Shown: one piece after another, positions 49,201 to 58,170 of the stretch
How the letters are laid out: every line of letters begins with the position of its first letter
Position numbering within the stretch: position 1 is the first letter of the stretch
DNA from: a virus
Lineage: Duplodnaviria; Caudoviricetes
Reading direction: 5' to 3' (one strand)
DNA: 64,000 nt
Virus record (IMG/VR): IMGVR_UViG_3300025608_000722
Span: 15,933 to 79,932 of that record
The notes under the pieces: model-generated
Seen by the model: the letters and a program-made list of their open reading frames with translations, nothing else
What the model was told of the DNA's origin: nothing
The model's database searches: none
Program-made: the position numbers and the translations under genes

Positions 49201-49755
49201 TTGGGTCAATACACCGTTGATGCTTGCTGTTTTAGCAGGCTTTCCAATTGTGTTATTTTGTGGTAGAGCCGCATTAAGGACTCTTCTAAACTGCTCTGGC
49301 CAGTTTGAGTTACTCGGATCATTCCAAATAACTGTTTGGTCAGCAAGATTAAATCCGTTACTATCAAAAATCTCTTCAGTAGTCGATACAGTATCAAATT
49401 TAATTAGCCCGTTTGCCGCTTGATTTCTTTTTGGGTTGTATGATAGCATACGTGCAAGACGCAATACACTGTCACGACGTTCTGCTAATTCTAAAAAGTT
49501 CTCTCTTGCATTTAAGTCAACACGATAACTAATATTCTGACCTAAAAATGCAATAGTATCAATGAGTGCAAGATATTCCGAAGTATCAATATAGTCGTTA
49601 AAATCTTCAGGATAGTTTGTTCTTAGATAGTTAATCATAGAACGTCTTAGTGTGTCAAAGTCGTAACTACGGAATTCCGCATTGCGATAACTTTGGTATA
49701 CTTTTTTCCAATCTTCTGAAAGAAGTAATCTATTTTGGCGGTCGGTTGATGACAT
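46258..49755 (-). CDS. gp6: Baseplate wedge subunit, T4 gp6/gpJ-like
   Basis: YDFDTLR..MINYLR..YPEDFND, FLELAERRDSVLRLARMLSYNP, QNRMVTGEDY. Confidence 0.8.
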   Translation of the reverse strand: MSSTDRQNRLLLSEDWKKVYQSYRNAEFRSYDFDTLRRSMINYLRTNYPEDFNDYIDTSEYLALIDTIAFLGQNISYRVDLNARENFLELAERRDSVLRLARMLSYNPKRNQAANGLIKFDTVSTTEEIFDSNGFNLADQTVIWNDPSNSNWPEQFRRVLNAALPQNNTIGKPAKTASINGVLTQQYRFKSNNVDVPVFGFSKAVNGLSTQFEVVSTDIDLINSKLIEEPPVAGNSLAFLYREDGRGTASSNTGYFLHFRQGALSSSQFTVDNPSANQKIAIEAENINNTDVWLYQVNSSGVPTSLWTKVSSIEGNNAIYNSVAKGTRNFYVVQTRANDEISLIFADGTFGNLPGGNFRIFYRTSANRAMKIKPEELTSINISLDYISKAGTIETLTLGLELKENVTNATTSESTPSIRQNAPQTYYTQNRMVTGEDYNIIPLTVNQEIVKVKSTNRISSGISRYFDLKDVTGKYSSTNLFASDGIIYRQEFEDKQSFTFSNQTDIEGTIENLILPIIKSRSVSNFYFSNYAKIIVSDLNARWVQSTKGTNISTGYLVNSSDIPYQTGTFTGGSLKFLEAGALLKFKPPAGFYFLGTGLTSDASAKGASTYKWVKVISVNGAGTTVDSVTGVGPIVFNETLPANSILEEVKPKLVKDITSDVRSQIIDQVFSYKTFGLRYDQVNRIWRVIINENLNVASAFSNGKTGDVTNNQLDASWIILFQTNGEKYTVTNRGLKYIFESDKELSFYFDGQNKIYDSATGQLVKDKVSILNYNTKPDQLIAFNNDIPWEIVNEYRNQDGYVNSKKVEVSFFDVNDDGSVDDPDIFDNIVAPLTLPLTKYIFLKRVETDQGFYKYNYYAEGSSIIVVNTETEIGSYVDYPEGQVFYIVNNKNFKVLTNNLLTLTSDYQAYVGRDNLRFQYVHSADEGNRIDPSVSNIIDVHMLTRSYDNLYRQYLAGTIETQPLPPSSDELYQNYGVLINQYKSISDEVIYHPVRYKPLFGVHAQPSLQATFKIVKNTGEVVNDNDLKSRIISSINKFFALSNWDFGETFHFSELVTYVMNQNAPDISNMLIVPKQGTQAFGSLYEIKCENDELFVSDATVADVEIIDSVTASKIQASGAVVSSTGTNNVGIQSQPLTSTTANNSSSSSSNSSNSSNSSGGSSY
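46276..46305. repeat. 9-bp tandem repeat (ACTACTATT x3) encoding the Ser/Asn-rich gp6 C-terminus
   Basis: Units at 46276, 46285 and 46294; the protein ends SNSSNSSNSSGGSSY. Confidence 0.85.
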
Positions 49756-49818
49756 CGGCGTTCCTCTATCTTTTGCTACAGTATTTATTATATTGAATTA
49801 TAACGGTACTTAATTGTG

Positions 49819-50250
49819 TCACAAAAGTCCAATATTTTTATCAAACTGTAGTCTTAGATTTTCACTAATATTGTACTGCAAATATGATATTGTACATTCA
49901 ATCTGTAGTCCTTGTTCGTACTCCGAAACTTGTACAGCTTCAGCCGATGTTCTTGGATCATAATTTACAATATTAGTAACATTTGTAGTAATGGCTTGTT
50001 TTAATTCTTCTGTTAGAGGTTCGTATAGTGCGTCCCAAATAATACAACCAAACGTAGGCATTGAAAGTTTTTCTCCTTGCCTAATATTAAAATGATTGAT
50101 TAAATCTTGTTTAATTAATTCAAAATCATAAAGTTGAAATGAATTAGATTCAGGATTTACTGTGCTAAATCCCCTATATGCCTTTTGTTTTACAGGCGAT
50201 TTAGGAGCTTTTTGCGATTTAATTTTAATTTGTTTGTATAAGTCTGCCAT
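49819..50250 (-). CDS. gp25: Baseplate wedge subunit/sheath initiator, gp25-like
   Basis: YRGFST...LYDFELIKQDLINHFNIRQGEKL..PTFG..IWDALYEP...YDPR. Start moved to ATG 50250 (MADLYKQ). Confidence 0.8.
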   Translation of the reverse strand: MADLYKQIKIKSQKAPKSPVKQKAYRGFSTVNPESNSFQLYDFELIKQDLINHFNIRQGEKLSMPTFGCIIWDALYEPLTEELKQAITTNVTNIVNYDPRTSAEAVQVSEYEQGLQIECTISYLQYNISENLRLQFDKNIGLL

Positions 50251-50264
50251 GCTAGTATTTACCT

Positions 50265-51218
50265 TTAATAAGGATACCCGTTTGCACGAAGTGTTTCTAA
50301 TGCCCAAGGATAGTTTGGCAGTGTAGTTCTACTACCGTTGCTTCCCCATGCAACCCTTGCTCCACGAATGTCTACATGAGTAAAAGTATTATAAACACCA
50401 ATAGCAGTAAATCCATTGTCAATTGCCGCTTGTATAAATGCTTGTCGTTGTGCATTTGATAAACCAGTTTGTACAATATCAACAGCATTGCCTTGAACAT
50501 GCTGACTGTTTCTTGCTCCGCCAACACTTCGGTTATATTCTGGACTTCTGTAAGCACTAGTAACTTGTAATTGATATCCAACTGCTTGCGATATGCCTTC
50601 TAATCCTGTAACAACTTGCGGCTTTACTCTACTATCTACATGTGATAGCCATTTAATATATTGTCCGTCGGCATTGCTAGGTTGGGGGCTAGGATTCTGT
50701 TCATTAACTACCTGTGAAGGTTGTGCTCCGGATACTCCGTTTACAGGACTAGTATTATTATATCTATTAGCACTGCCTCCTGAAACTGTTGCGATACCAC
50801 CATCACCATATTCTGTTGATTCTGTTGTATCTGGATCAACGCCGGCAGCTCTCTCTGCTTCTCTACCTGCTAAAATATCTAATGCCTCAGATTCTGGTCG
50901 ACTAAAGTTACTAGCACCAATTGCTATTGCAACTGCGTCTGCGGCATCACCTACAATAACTGTACTTTCTCCTTGCGCAGTATCAGTGGTCGGATGTCCT
51001 AATAAATCGGGACCTCCTGCATCTGGAGTATTGTTTACAACTGCTTTGCCATTTATAAAAACACCATTGCTTCCTGCACTTAGAGCACCTTCATCGTGGC
51101 TGTTTTTATCGCCGTCAACAGCTACTAATTGTCCTGCAACATAAACATCACTTTGTCCGCTGACAACTGTTGTTGCTCCGCAAGACCTAAGATGACCGTT
51201 TATATGTACAGCTGGCAT
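50265..51218 (-). CDS. PAAR-like spike tip fused to a C-terminal peptidase M15 domain
   Basis: N-terminal C/H-bearing PAAR pattern (RSCGAT...DVYVAG..VAVDGD..SH...VFING); C-terminal TSAYRS...SQHVQGNAVD...THVD. Confidence 0.8.
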   Translation of the reverse strand: MPAVHINGHLRSCGATTVVSGQSDVYVAGQLVAVDGDKNSHDEGALSAGSNGVFINGKAVVNNTPDAGGPDLLGHPTTDTAQGESTVIVGDAADAVAIAIGASNFSRPESEALDILAGREAERAAGVDPDTTESTEYGDGGIATVSGGSANRYNNTSPVNGVSGAQPSQVVNEQNPSPQPSNADGQYIKWLSHVDSRVKPQVVTGLEGISQAVGYQLQVTSAYRSPEYNRSVGGARNSQHVQGNAVDIVQTGLSNAQRQAFIQAAIDNGFTAIGVYNTFTHVDIRGARVAWGSNGSRTTLPNYPWALETLRANGYPY

Positions 51219-53782
51219 TACGTATTTTCTCCTGGTCTGTCAGGTGATCTTTCATCAACTACTGTTGATTCGCCTGACGCTACAGGAGGAGTCGATGTTA
51301 ATGATGCCAATGGTAGTATTTCACCATTTCTTAATCTAGAGAAAAAGCCTCTTGCACTTGCAATACGCTGAGGTGTTTCTGCGGCTTCGTTTCCGTATCC
51401 AACTGCATCTTCAAATGCTTGACCTAATTGGTTAAAGTTATACATACTCCAGTTTCCTCCGCCTCGGCTAGGGAAAGTTTGTATTAGATACGCAACTGCA
51501 ACTGCTGTAGCAATTTCTGGATCATTTAAAAGGTCAGGATTTTCTACAATTTCAGGATGTCCGGCTAAGCCGCCAAAATCTCTATAATTGTCTCTAAATG
51601 TAAGTTGGATAAGTCCTCTGCCTCGATATTTGTAACCTTCATCTGGAGCGTTGCCGTTTCTTCCACCGTATAAGGTATTAGCAATCGCCGCTGGACCTGC
51701 GGCAGCAAGTTGTTGTGCAAATTCATCACTTCGAACACGGCTTGGAAATACTTGGCGTAATCGACTTGCAGAATAATTTAGATTTTCACTGTGTGGTTCA
51801 AATCCACATTCTCGTTGAATTTGTGCAAGTGCTGACGCTAATGCTTCGGCGTTACCCGGAGTTTGGCCTGCGGCAAGTAATTCTGGATTAGCAGGATTTA
51901 GGCACGTAGCCGGATCTAATCCAATTTCTTGTATTAACACATGTAAGAAGTAACGTTGCATATCGTTTACTGGTACAGGCTCTGCAGGTTGCTGGCCTAT
52001 CGGTCCTGCTTGACCTGGAACTACTGTCTGCGGTGCAGGAACTCTTTGTCCTGTTACAGGATCAATAACTGTTGATTGATTTGCAACATTAGGTCCTGAA
52101 GTTGAAGTGTACTGTGGTTGGTTTGCAGGTGAATCAATTAGTGATTGTGCATCTCTGCCTTGACGTGACGGAGCCGGTCTAGCTTGGCTTAGTCCGGGAG
52201 TATGCCCTTCTGGATTTAGATTTTCATGTCCATTCCACGGTTCGCGTTCAGGAACACGAATTGGTTGGTTAGCAGGAGTAGCAGTAGAAGCAGTACTTGC
52301 TCCAGATGCTTCGTCAGCTTGTGTAGCAGGGCTTGCCGCAGTGTTCATATGGATAGCCGGAGCTGTTTCTCTATGTTCACTACCACTTAAAATACTTGTT
52401 CTAAAGCCTGCGGTTAAATTTGTATTACCTTGTGAAGCAATATGCATACTTGCTTGTTTAAATTTTGCTGCCGAGCCTGTAAGAACATCTAGTGTAGTTT
52501 GACTCGTAATGCTGTGTGCGCCTGCAACATTAATATGTCCGTCAGCACCAACAAATATCTTAGATGTTGCGCCAACATAAAGATCAAAATTTGCACCGAT
52601 ATCTATTTTTCCGTTTGTTCCGGCTTTAAGATCAAAATTATTTCCTGCGGTTGTTTTCCAATCTCTACCAGCAGTAATGTTTACATCACGCATTGCCTTC
52701 ATATTAATATCTCTATCTGCATGTACGTTTACGTCATTGGCAGTTCTTAAGCTGATACTATCATCTGCGTAAACATCAATTTTTCCGTTTGCAGTTAGTT
52801 CTATCCATGCACTTCCTTGAGCATTGGCAATATAAATTAGATCTTCAGTATTGTGTAATAATATTTGATGACCTGTTCTAGTTCTTAATCTAATATGCTC
52901 GTTGTATGGCAAGGTCTGATTTGCTTGAGAAACATTTTCTGGAACAGCATTAATATCATAATATGTTGCTCCGACAGATTTTGCAAATCCAGCACGTAAG
53001 ACTGTAGGGTCGCCGTCGTCCATTACAAAACTACTTCCGCCTAATCTACTGCGAAAATATTCGATCTGTTCACCTGATGGACCATATCGACCTTTTGGAG
53101 ATCCGTCTCTTTTATCTAACGGTCCTGGAGTATTCATTCCAAAGACCATGCTAGGAATTTCTCGACGTGCTGTAGAAGAAGTTAATCCTCTAGCTATATC
53201 ATCAATAAGTCCTTGTCTTGATAATACTTCTAACATCATCGGATTGTGTGGCTTTAAAAACTGTTCAGGATCATTTCCTTGATCACCATGAATTGCTTTA
53301 TTATATTCGCCTGTTGGTAATGGTCTATTCTTAAATTCGTCAGTTAAATTAGCTTGAACAACTTTATCTGATTTAGTTGTAGGGGTTCCGCTTGGAACCA
53401 TATAATTCATATATGCATCTTGTACACAACCGATCCAATACCCCTGATTAGATTGTCCTTCTGCAAAAATAACAAGAACTTTAGTACCCGGATCAGGCGG
53501 AACTGCCCAGAATCCGTAACTTTGTTGGGTACTGTAATAGGTGTCGTTTCTTCTATTACTACTAACATCATTTACGCCATAAAACGGCATACAATAATCT
53601 ACAGTGTAGAGTTGTCCTGCTTCATTATCAGCATCTTGCCCTGAAGTTGTATTTGTAAGTAATTGTACCTGCAATGCTCCGCTTCGTTTAGGATCAAGAT
53701 GACTAATTACTTTGGCCAAAAACGGACCTGGCGGCATTTCTCTTGGTGGTGCACCTGATGATCGTCTATGTCTATTGCTCAT
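51218..53782 (-). CDS. Central spike (gp5/VgrG-like) with C-terminal GH19 muramidase/chitinase-like domain
   Basis: OB fold (AKVISHLDPKRSG...PPDPGTKVLV.F...GYWIG); beta-helix repeats; AQIQRECGF...ENLNYS and YKYRGRGLIQLT. Confidence 0.8.
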   Translation of the reverse strand: MSNRHRRSSGAPPREMPPGPFLAKVISHLDPKRSGALQVQLLTNTTSGQDADNEAGQLYTVDYCMPFYGVNDVSSNRRNDTYYSTQQSYGFWAVPPDPGTKVLVIFAEGQSNQGYWIGCVQDAYMNYMVPSGTPTTKSDKVVQANLTDEFKNRPLPTGEYNKAIHGDQGNDPEQFLKPHNPMMLEVLSRQGLIDDIARGLTSSTARREIPSMVFGMNTPGPLDKRDGSPKGRYGPSGEQIEYFRSRLGGSSFVMDDGDPTVLRAGFAKSVGATYYDINAVPENVSQANQTLPYNEHIRLRTRTGHQILLHNTEDLIYIANAQGSAWIELTANGKIDVYADDSISLRTANDVNVHADRDINMKAMRDVNITAGRDWKTTAGNNFDLKAGTNGKIDIGANFDLYVGATSKIFVGADGHINVAGAHSITSQTTLDVLTGSAAKFKQASMHIASQGNTNLTAGFRTSILSGSEHRETAPAIHMNTAASPATQADEASGASTASTATPANQPIRVPEREPWNGHENLNPEGHTPGLSQARPAPSRQGRDAQSLIDSPANQPQYTSTSGPNVANQSTVIDPVTGQRVPAPQTVVPGQAGPIGQQPAEPVPVNDMQRYFLHVLIQEIGLDPATCLNPANPELLAAGQTPGNAEALASALAQIQRECGFEPHSENLNYSASRLRQVFPSRVRSDEFAQQLAAAGPAAIANTLYGGRNGNAPDEGYKYRGRGLIQLTFRDNYRDFGGLAGHPEIVENPDLLNDPEIATAVAVAYLIQTFPSRGGGNWSMYNFNQLGQAFEDAVGYGNEAAETPQRIASARGFFSRLRNGEILPLASLTSTPPVASGESTVVDERSPDRPGENT

Positions 53783-56700
53783 TACAAACCGCCTCTAATT
53801 CTTCCTGATTGGTCGACATCATTTAAATTACGTTCCGGAACTGTTGTTTCGTTAGTCGGTGTAGGTGAAGGTTCTACTCCTTGATTATTAGAAGGTGCAT
53901 TAGAAGTTCTAGCACTAGAAGAATAATCAAAATAAACATCAAGAGGACTAAAGACTCCAGGTTGTACTGTAACTGGAGCAGGCGGTGATGCCGGTTGATC
54001 TGTAGTACTAGTAGTGCCATCGCCAGTTGTGGTTGGAGTTGTAGTCGGAGTTGTGGTTGTAGTACCGGATCCTCTTAGTCCGTCGCCGGTTGCACCTGAT
54101 GCGGTTGCGCCGCCTGGTGTAGTACCTGCTGTCGGATTGTTAGTAGGACGCCTATTTTCGTTTCTAGCAGTAGTAATTCTAGTAGCTTCGTCCAAATCAG
54201 GAACTTCCCAGTATTGTAGTACTCCGTCACCGTTAACATCTGCTCTAGCAAATGCAACTTCTTCCGGAGTTCCATTAAGTTCTGCTTCTGCAATTCTTCT
54301 TTGATGACGCTGTTCTTCTTCTAACATTGCGTCAGTTACTTGTGCACCTGCTCTTGCATTTTGCTGATTTCTTCTTCGCACTGCTTGAATAGTTTGTGTA
54401 AACACATTGCCGCTAAATCTATTTGTTACTTCAATAATTTTATATAATCCGCTATAATCTTGTAAACCAATTGACGCACCGTCCATTAAATATCCGCCAT
54501 TGTCAGGATCTAAATCAATTGGTGTTCTAAAGTTAATTATGATATCTACTTCGCCATTTTGGTGATTCATGGTACCGTCACTGTTGACGTTAAAACTTGG
54601 CGATGCGGCTGAATTATAATTGCCTGTGCCACTATCAGCAATGTAGAAAGGATCTCCTAAAACTTCTAATTCAATAGATATCAAATCGCCGCCACTATTT
54701 ACGATGGCTTCATTAAATGATCGTGCTAATCGCAATCGGGGATCTTCAGTTGTTGCGCCGCCTGTGACGGTATTTAAATTTTGTGGTTCTTCAACTACAG
54801 TAGTACCATCACCTTGCGGTGCTCTTGAATTTCCTTGTAGAGCAAGATTTGGTGTTGTATTAGTATTAGATTGCTCGCTTGGTTGGTTTGATCCGCTTCT
54901 ATTACCTCTGTCAAGCGATATTGATTCATAAAATGCATTATCAAATTTAATATCAAAATTTAATACATCGGTATTTTTACCAGTAAACATATAATTGTAT
55001 ACTTTAGGTGCCTGGGAGTAAAGTTTATCATATCCAGGCGGCACATCGTTCGGCATTTGAAATGCACTTCTGTGAACTCGATATGGTACAACTCTATACA
55101 AATAAATTCTTGGCATTCTTCCCATTACTTTTTCGGCAGCGGCATCATTAACAAGATATACTTGAGCTTCAATTTTAAACCAGTCAACCATTCCGTCAGG
55201 ACGATTAAGTTGCTGTGTAACAGATTTTCCAAATTCGCTTAACAGTACAAGTTCTTCTAATATTTTTTGTAGTTTTGTACCTGCTCTAAATGTAATAGTT
55301 CTAAGATTAGGGTCAATAGTTACGCCGCCTCTTTTTAATAATCCGGATTCTGGATCCCAAGCAAAATTTGCAATACCAAATGGTGATCTTCCAGATCCTA
55401 ACGGGCCTGCTGTTAAAATCGGTGATGAACCAATTCTATTAGGTGTAATGTCACGCCCTGCAATTGTTGCTTTAATGCTTTCGCTTAGTCGACCACGTCT
55501 TACTGAATATCCTAATCTATCGTCAATAAATGCTCGTTGTTGTTCAATAATTCTTGCGCCAAAATCTGAATTATCCTGTTGATACCCTGCGGCAGCTAAT
55601 GTAGTATCAACTGTTGCGAATGCCGTTTGAATAGCTTCTTCGTCAAATTCTATTCTTTCTAATTCACCAGTTGTAGCGGCGCCCGGAATTAAGGATCCAC
55701 TTGCAATTAAAGAATTTAATCTTGCACTTGTTCCGTCGCCCGGAAATGCAATAATATATTCATCAACTTCAGTTTTTTCTCTAGTTTCATTTCTTCTATT
55801 AAGAAGATGTGTATTCCAATGGGTAGCAATACTGTTTAATCCTGTTTGACATATTTCTTGCAAGGTTGATCCTGACACAGACATATTAACAGGAATGCTT
55901 TGATTTGCATCTAAAAATGCATCATCGTTAAAAACAGAACATGTAATATCGTACTTGCTACCTTCGCCGTTAACTGTAAAATTACAAGTTACTAATTTTA
56001 ATGGAAACATTCTTCTTATTGGTCTTGAAGGACTAACTTGATTTCCGTCATTATCCCAACCAACAAAATCAAGTGTTAACAAATATGGTGCTTCTAGATA
56101 GTTATTGTAACCGGCATTTTTAGCGGCTAGTTGAAGTGTTTGCAAAAACTGGCCCATACTGTAAGGTTCATATACTTGGAATGATAGTCCATAAAAGTTA
56201 GTTGATCTACTTCTTGGATTAGGAGCAACAGTAGTGTCTATATTAACTTCGTCAATATAATAAGCACCATTTACTCGGTGATATTTTTCAGCGTATGTTT
56301 GTGGTTTTCCTAAAGGAGTTTTTCCAGACTTTAATACCACTTGTCCATTGTTTACGATACCCGACTTTCTATATGATCTATCAGGAAAATTTAATTCGTT
56401 CGGACTTATGCAACCTAATCCAAAAATACAATTCATTGATGCAAATTGTTCTAGTTCGTTTGGCATAGGCAAACTATGTGATCCAAAAAGTCCGCCGCCC
56501 CCAAATAGTCCTAATAATTTATTTTGTGCAACATTCTTTATTGCGCCTGTTATAAACCCAGGATCAGTAGGTAATTGATCAGTAAAGTCTGTAACTGCTT
56601 CATTCGCTAAATCACCTATAGTACTAGCAATTTGTCGAGGATCTGAAATTCCTTCAGCAAGTGCAGTTATATTTGAACTAATTTCACCTGCACTTTGGAA

Positions 56701-56883
56701 TTGATCAACTAGATTAGCTAGGCCAGGCATACCTAGCATATTAGCAATTTCTTTAACTTGTTCCGGATCGCCTTCTACTTGAGGAGCTAAAGATTCTTGA
56801 CCCGGCGGTGTATATGTGCCGCCTAACAACTCTCCGTTTGGTCCTGTTCTTATAGGTTGCCCCGATGGGAACGTATATGGCAT
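53782..56883 (-). CDS. Baseplate hub (gp27-like) protein with low-complexity C-terminal extension
   Basis: Position upstream of the spike gene; FTGKNTDVLNFDI, IELEVLGDP, YKIIEVTNRFSGNVFTQTI hub-type motifs. Confidence 0.6.
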   Translation of the reverse strand: MPYTFPSGQPIRTGPNGELLGGTYTPPGQESLAPQVEGDPEQVKEIANMLGMPGLANLVDQFQSAGEISSNITALAEGISDPRQIASTIGDLANEAVTDFTDQLPTDPGFITGAIKNVAQNKLLGLFGGGGLFGSHSLPMPNELEQFASMNCIFGLGCISPNELNFPDRSYRKSGIVNNGQVVLKSGKTPLGKPQTYAEKYHRVNGAYYIDEVNIDTTVAPNPRSRSTNFYGLSFQVYEPYSMGQFLQTLQLAAKNAGYNNYLEAPYLLTLDFVGWDNDGNQVSPSRPIRRMFPLKLVTCNFTVNGEGSKYDITCSVFNDDAFLDANQSIPVNMSVSGSTLQEICQTGLNSIATHWNTHLLNRRNETREKTEVDEYIIAFPGDGTSARLNSLIASGSLIPGAATTGELERIEFDEEAIQTAFATVDTTLAAAGYQQDNSDFGARIIEQQRAFIDDRLGYSVRRGRLSESIKATIAGRDITPNRIGSSPILTAGPLGSGRSPFGIANFAWDPESGLLKRGGVTIDPNLRTITFRAGTKLQKILEELVLLSEFGKSVTQQLNRPDGMVDWFKIEAQVYLVNDAAAEKVMGRMPRIYLYRVVPYRVHRSAFQMPNDVPPGYDKLYSQAPKVYNYMFTGKNTDVLNFDIKFDNAFYESISLDRGNRSGSNQPSEQSNTNTTPNLALQGNSRAPQGDGTTVVEEPQNLNTVTGGATTEDPRLRLARSFNEAIVNSGGDLISIELEVLGDPFYIADSGTGNYNSAASPSFNVNSDGTMNHQNGEVDIIINFRTPIDLDPDNGGYLMDGASIGLQDYSGLYKIIEVTNRFSGNVFTQTIQAVRRRNQQNARAGAQVTDAMLEEEQRHQRRIAEAELNGTPEEVAFARADVNGDGVLQYWEVPDLDEATRITTARNENRRPTNNPTAGTTPGGATASGATGDGLRGSGTTTTTPTTTPTTTGDGTTSTTDQPASPPAPVTVQPGVFSPLDVYFDYSSSARTSNAPSNNQGVEPSPTPTNETTVPERNLNDVDQSGRIRGGL

Positions 56884-56886
56884 AAT

Positions 56887-57177
56887 TTATGCTCCTAGTG
56901 TATCTTTAACATGTTGAGGCGATGGTAGATATATTTGTACTCCGGCTTTTAAATCATAAATTGGGTCTTCAAGCACATTTAAATTACGCTGTGTAAAAAT
57001 CCACCATAACGAATAATCTCCATACAAATCATGTGCTAATAAATCTGGACGATTGCTGTATTGAGGTTCAACTGTATATAACACATCATCTGTGTATGCA
57101 GGAACAGGTCTGATATTCCAAAGTTCAAGTGTTCCATCAGAACCAATTGCAGTGTCTCGGTATGGATGATTTGCCAT
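56887..57177 (-). CDS. gp53/LysM-like baseplate subunit
   Basis: RPDLLAHDLYGDYSLWWIF..RN...GVQIYLP. Confidence 0.75.
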   Translation of the reverse strand: MANHPYRDTAIGSDGTLELWNIRPVPAYTDDVLYTVEPQYSNRPDLLAHDLYGDYSLWWIFTQRNLNVLEDPIYDLKAGVQIYLPSPQHVKDTLGA

Positions 57178-58088
57178 TAGATATATCCTCTTCCAATATC
57201 ATGCCCGCCAACAAACATATTATAATTAAATTGTGTTTGTTTTTGTCTGCTGTAGATCGGTTGACATGATACACTAAACTGTGATTCAGCTGGTGCCCAA
57301 CTTATTTCGTTGGCTGCACTTAGTGACTGTCCTTTTAGTCCTGTTGCAATATAATCTACTTCAGGAGGCATATCAACAGAAAATGTTGTAATAACTACAG
57401 GAACATTATTAAACACATAATCACCGTATCCATTTAATTTTACAATAGGTGGCGGACCGCCAGTTTCTGCAAATGTACCATAATCCATTTTTGTTACTGA
57501 TCTTAAATAATGTAAGCAAGCCATCCAATATTGTGCTTCTAATTCGTTTTGTACATAAAATTGACCAGTTACTACAATCTCGTTCACACTTGAATTTCTA
57601 TATGCATAAGCAGGATAATTAGTATGTACAGGTTCAACATTACTATAGTTTGCACTGTGTTGCAAAAGTATTGTTGGCGTAAATGGAAAGACCATACTAT
57701 TTTTAGTAGACCTTAATAATTGAAACATTGGAGACTTAGAAAATGCACTCGGAGTATTTGGCAACGACAACGAAACTCGCCAATCTTTTTCTTCAACATT
57801 TCCGCCTGTAGTGAAAGATGCTTGTCCGCCTAAATTGCCGCCAGCATTACCAAGGGTAGGAGTTGGAATATTTCTAGAACGCAATGCACTCATGAAATTT
57901 AATGAACTTCCTAGCCCACCGCTAAACAATTGCTGTCCGATATCTTGGACTTCACCTAAGGCATTGTTAATTGCAGTAGGGATACTACCAGAAAACGGAC
58001 TTTGTCCAGGAGCACCTGTTCCTGTTGGAAGGGAGGATCTAAACTGGTTTACGCTATCGCGCAGACCTCTAAAAAGTGTTGTTGCCAT
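57177..58088 (-). CDS. Tail tube initiator/baseplate cap (gp48/gp54-like)
   Basis: MVFPFTPTI, GPPPIVKLNGYG.YVF.NVPVVITTFSV, typical of contractile-system tube initiators. Confidence 0.65.
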   Translation of the reverse strand: MATTLFRGLRDSVNQFRSSLPTGTGAPGQSPFSGSIPTAINNALGEVQDIGQQLFSGGLGSSLNFMSALRSRNIPTPTLGNAGGNLGGQASFTTGGNVEEKDWRVSLSLPNTPSAFSKSPMFQLLRSTKNSMVFPFTPTILLQHSANYSNVEPVHTNYPAYAYRNSSVNEIVVTGQFYVQNELEAQYWMACLHYLRSVTKMDYGTFAETGGPPPIVKLNGYGDYVFNNVPVVITTFSVDMPPEVDYIATGLKGQSLSAANEISWAPAESQFSVSCQPIYSRQKQTQFNYNMFVGGHDIGRGYI

Positions 58089-58118
58089 AATTATTTGTCT
58101 CCTATATACATTATTTAG

Positions 58119-58147
58119 TTGACAAAGTTATCTACATAGTTTATAAT
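58119..58147 (+). promoter_or_regulatory. Consensus sigma70 promoter for the late sigma factor gene
   Basis: TTGACA (58119-58124), 17 nt, TATAAT (58142-58147); AGGAGA RBS at 58161-58166. Confidence 0.9.
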
Positions 58148-58170
58148 ATGACTAATAATCAGGAGAGTTC

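Noticed and set aside
49819-50307. ORF-track start of the gp25-like gene at 50307
   Set aside because: It would overlap the PAAR-M15 gene; ATG 50250, with a TAAATA box just upstream, is more plausible.
50593-51144. 183-aa plus-strand ORF
   Set aside because: Antisense shadow of the PAAR-M15 gene; Ser/Pro-rich composition typical of reverse-frame reading.
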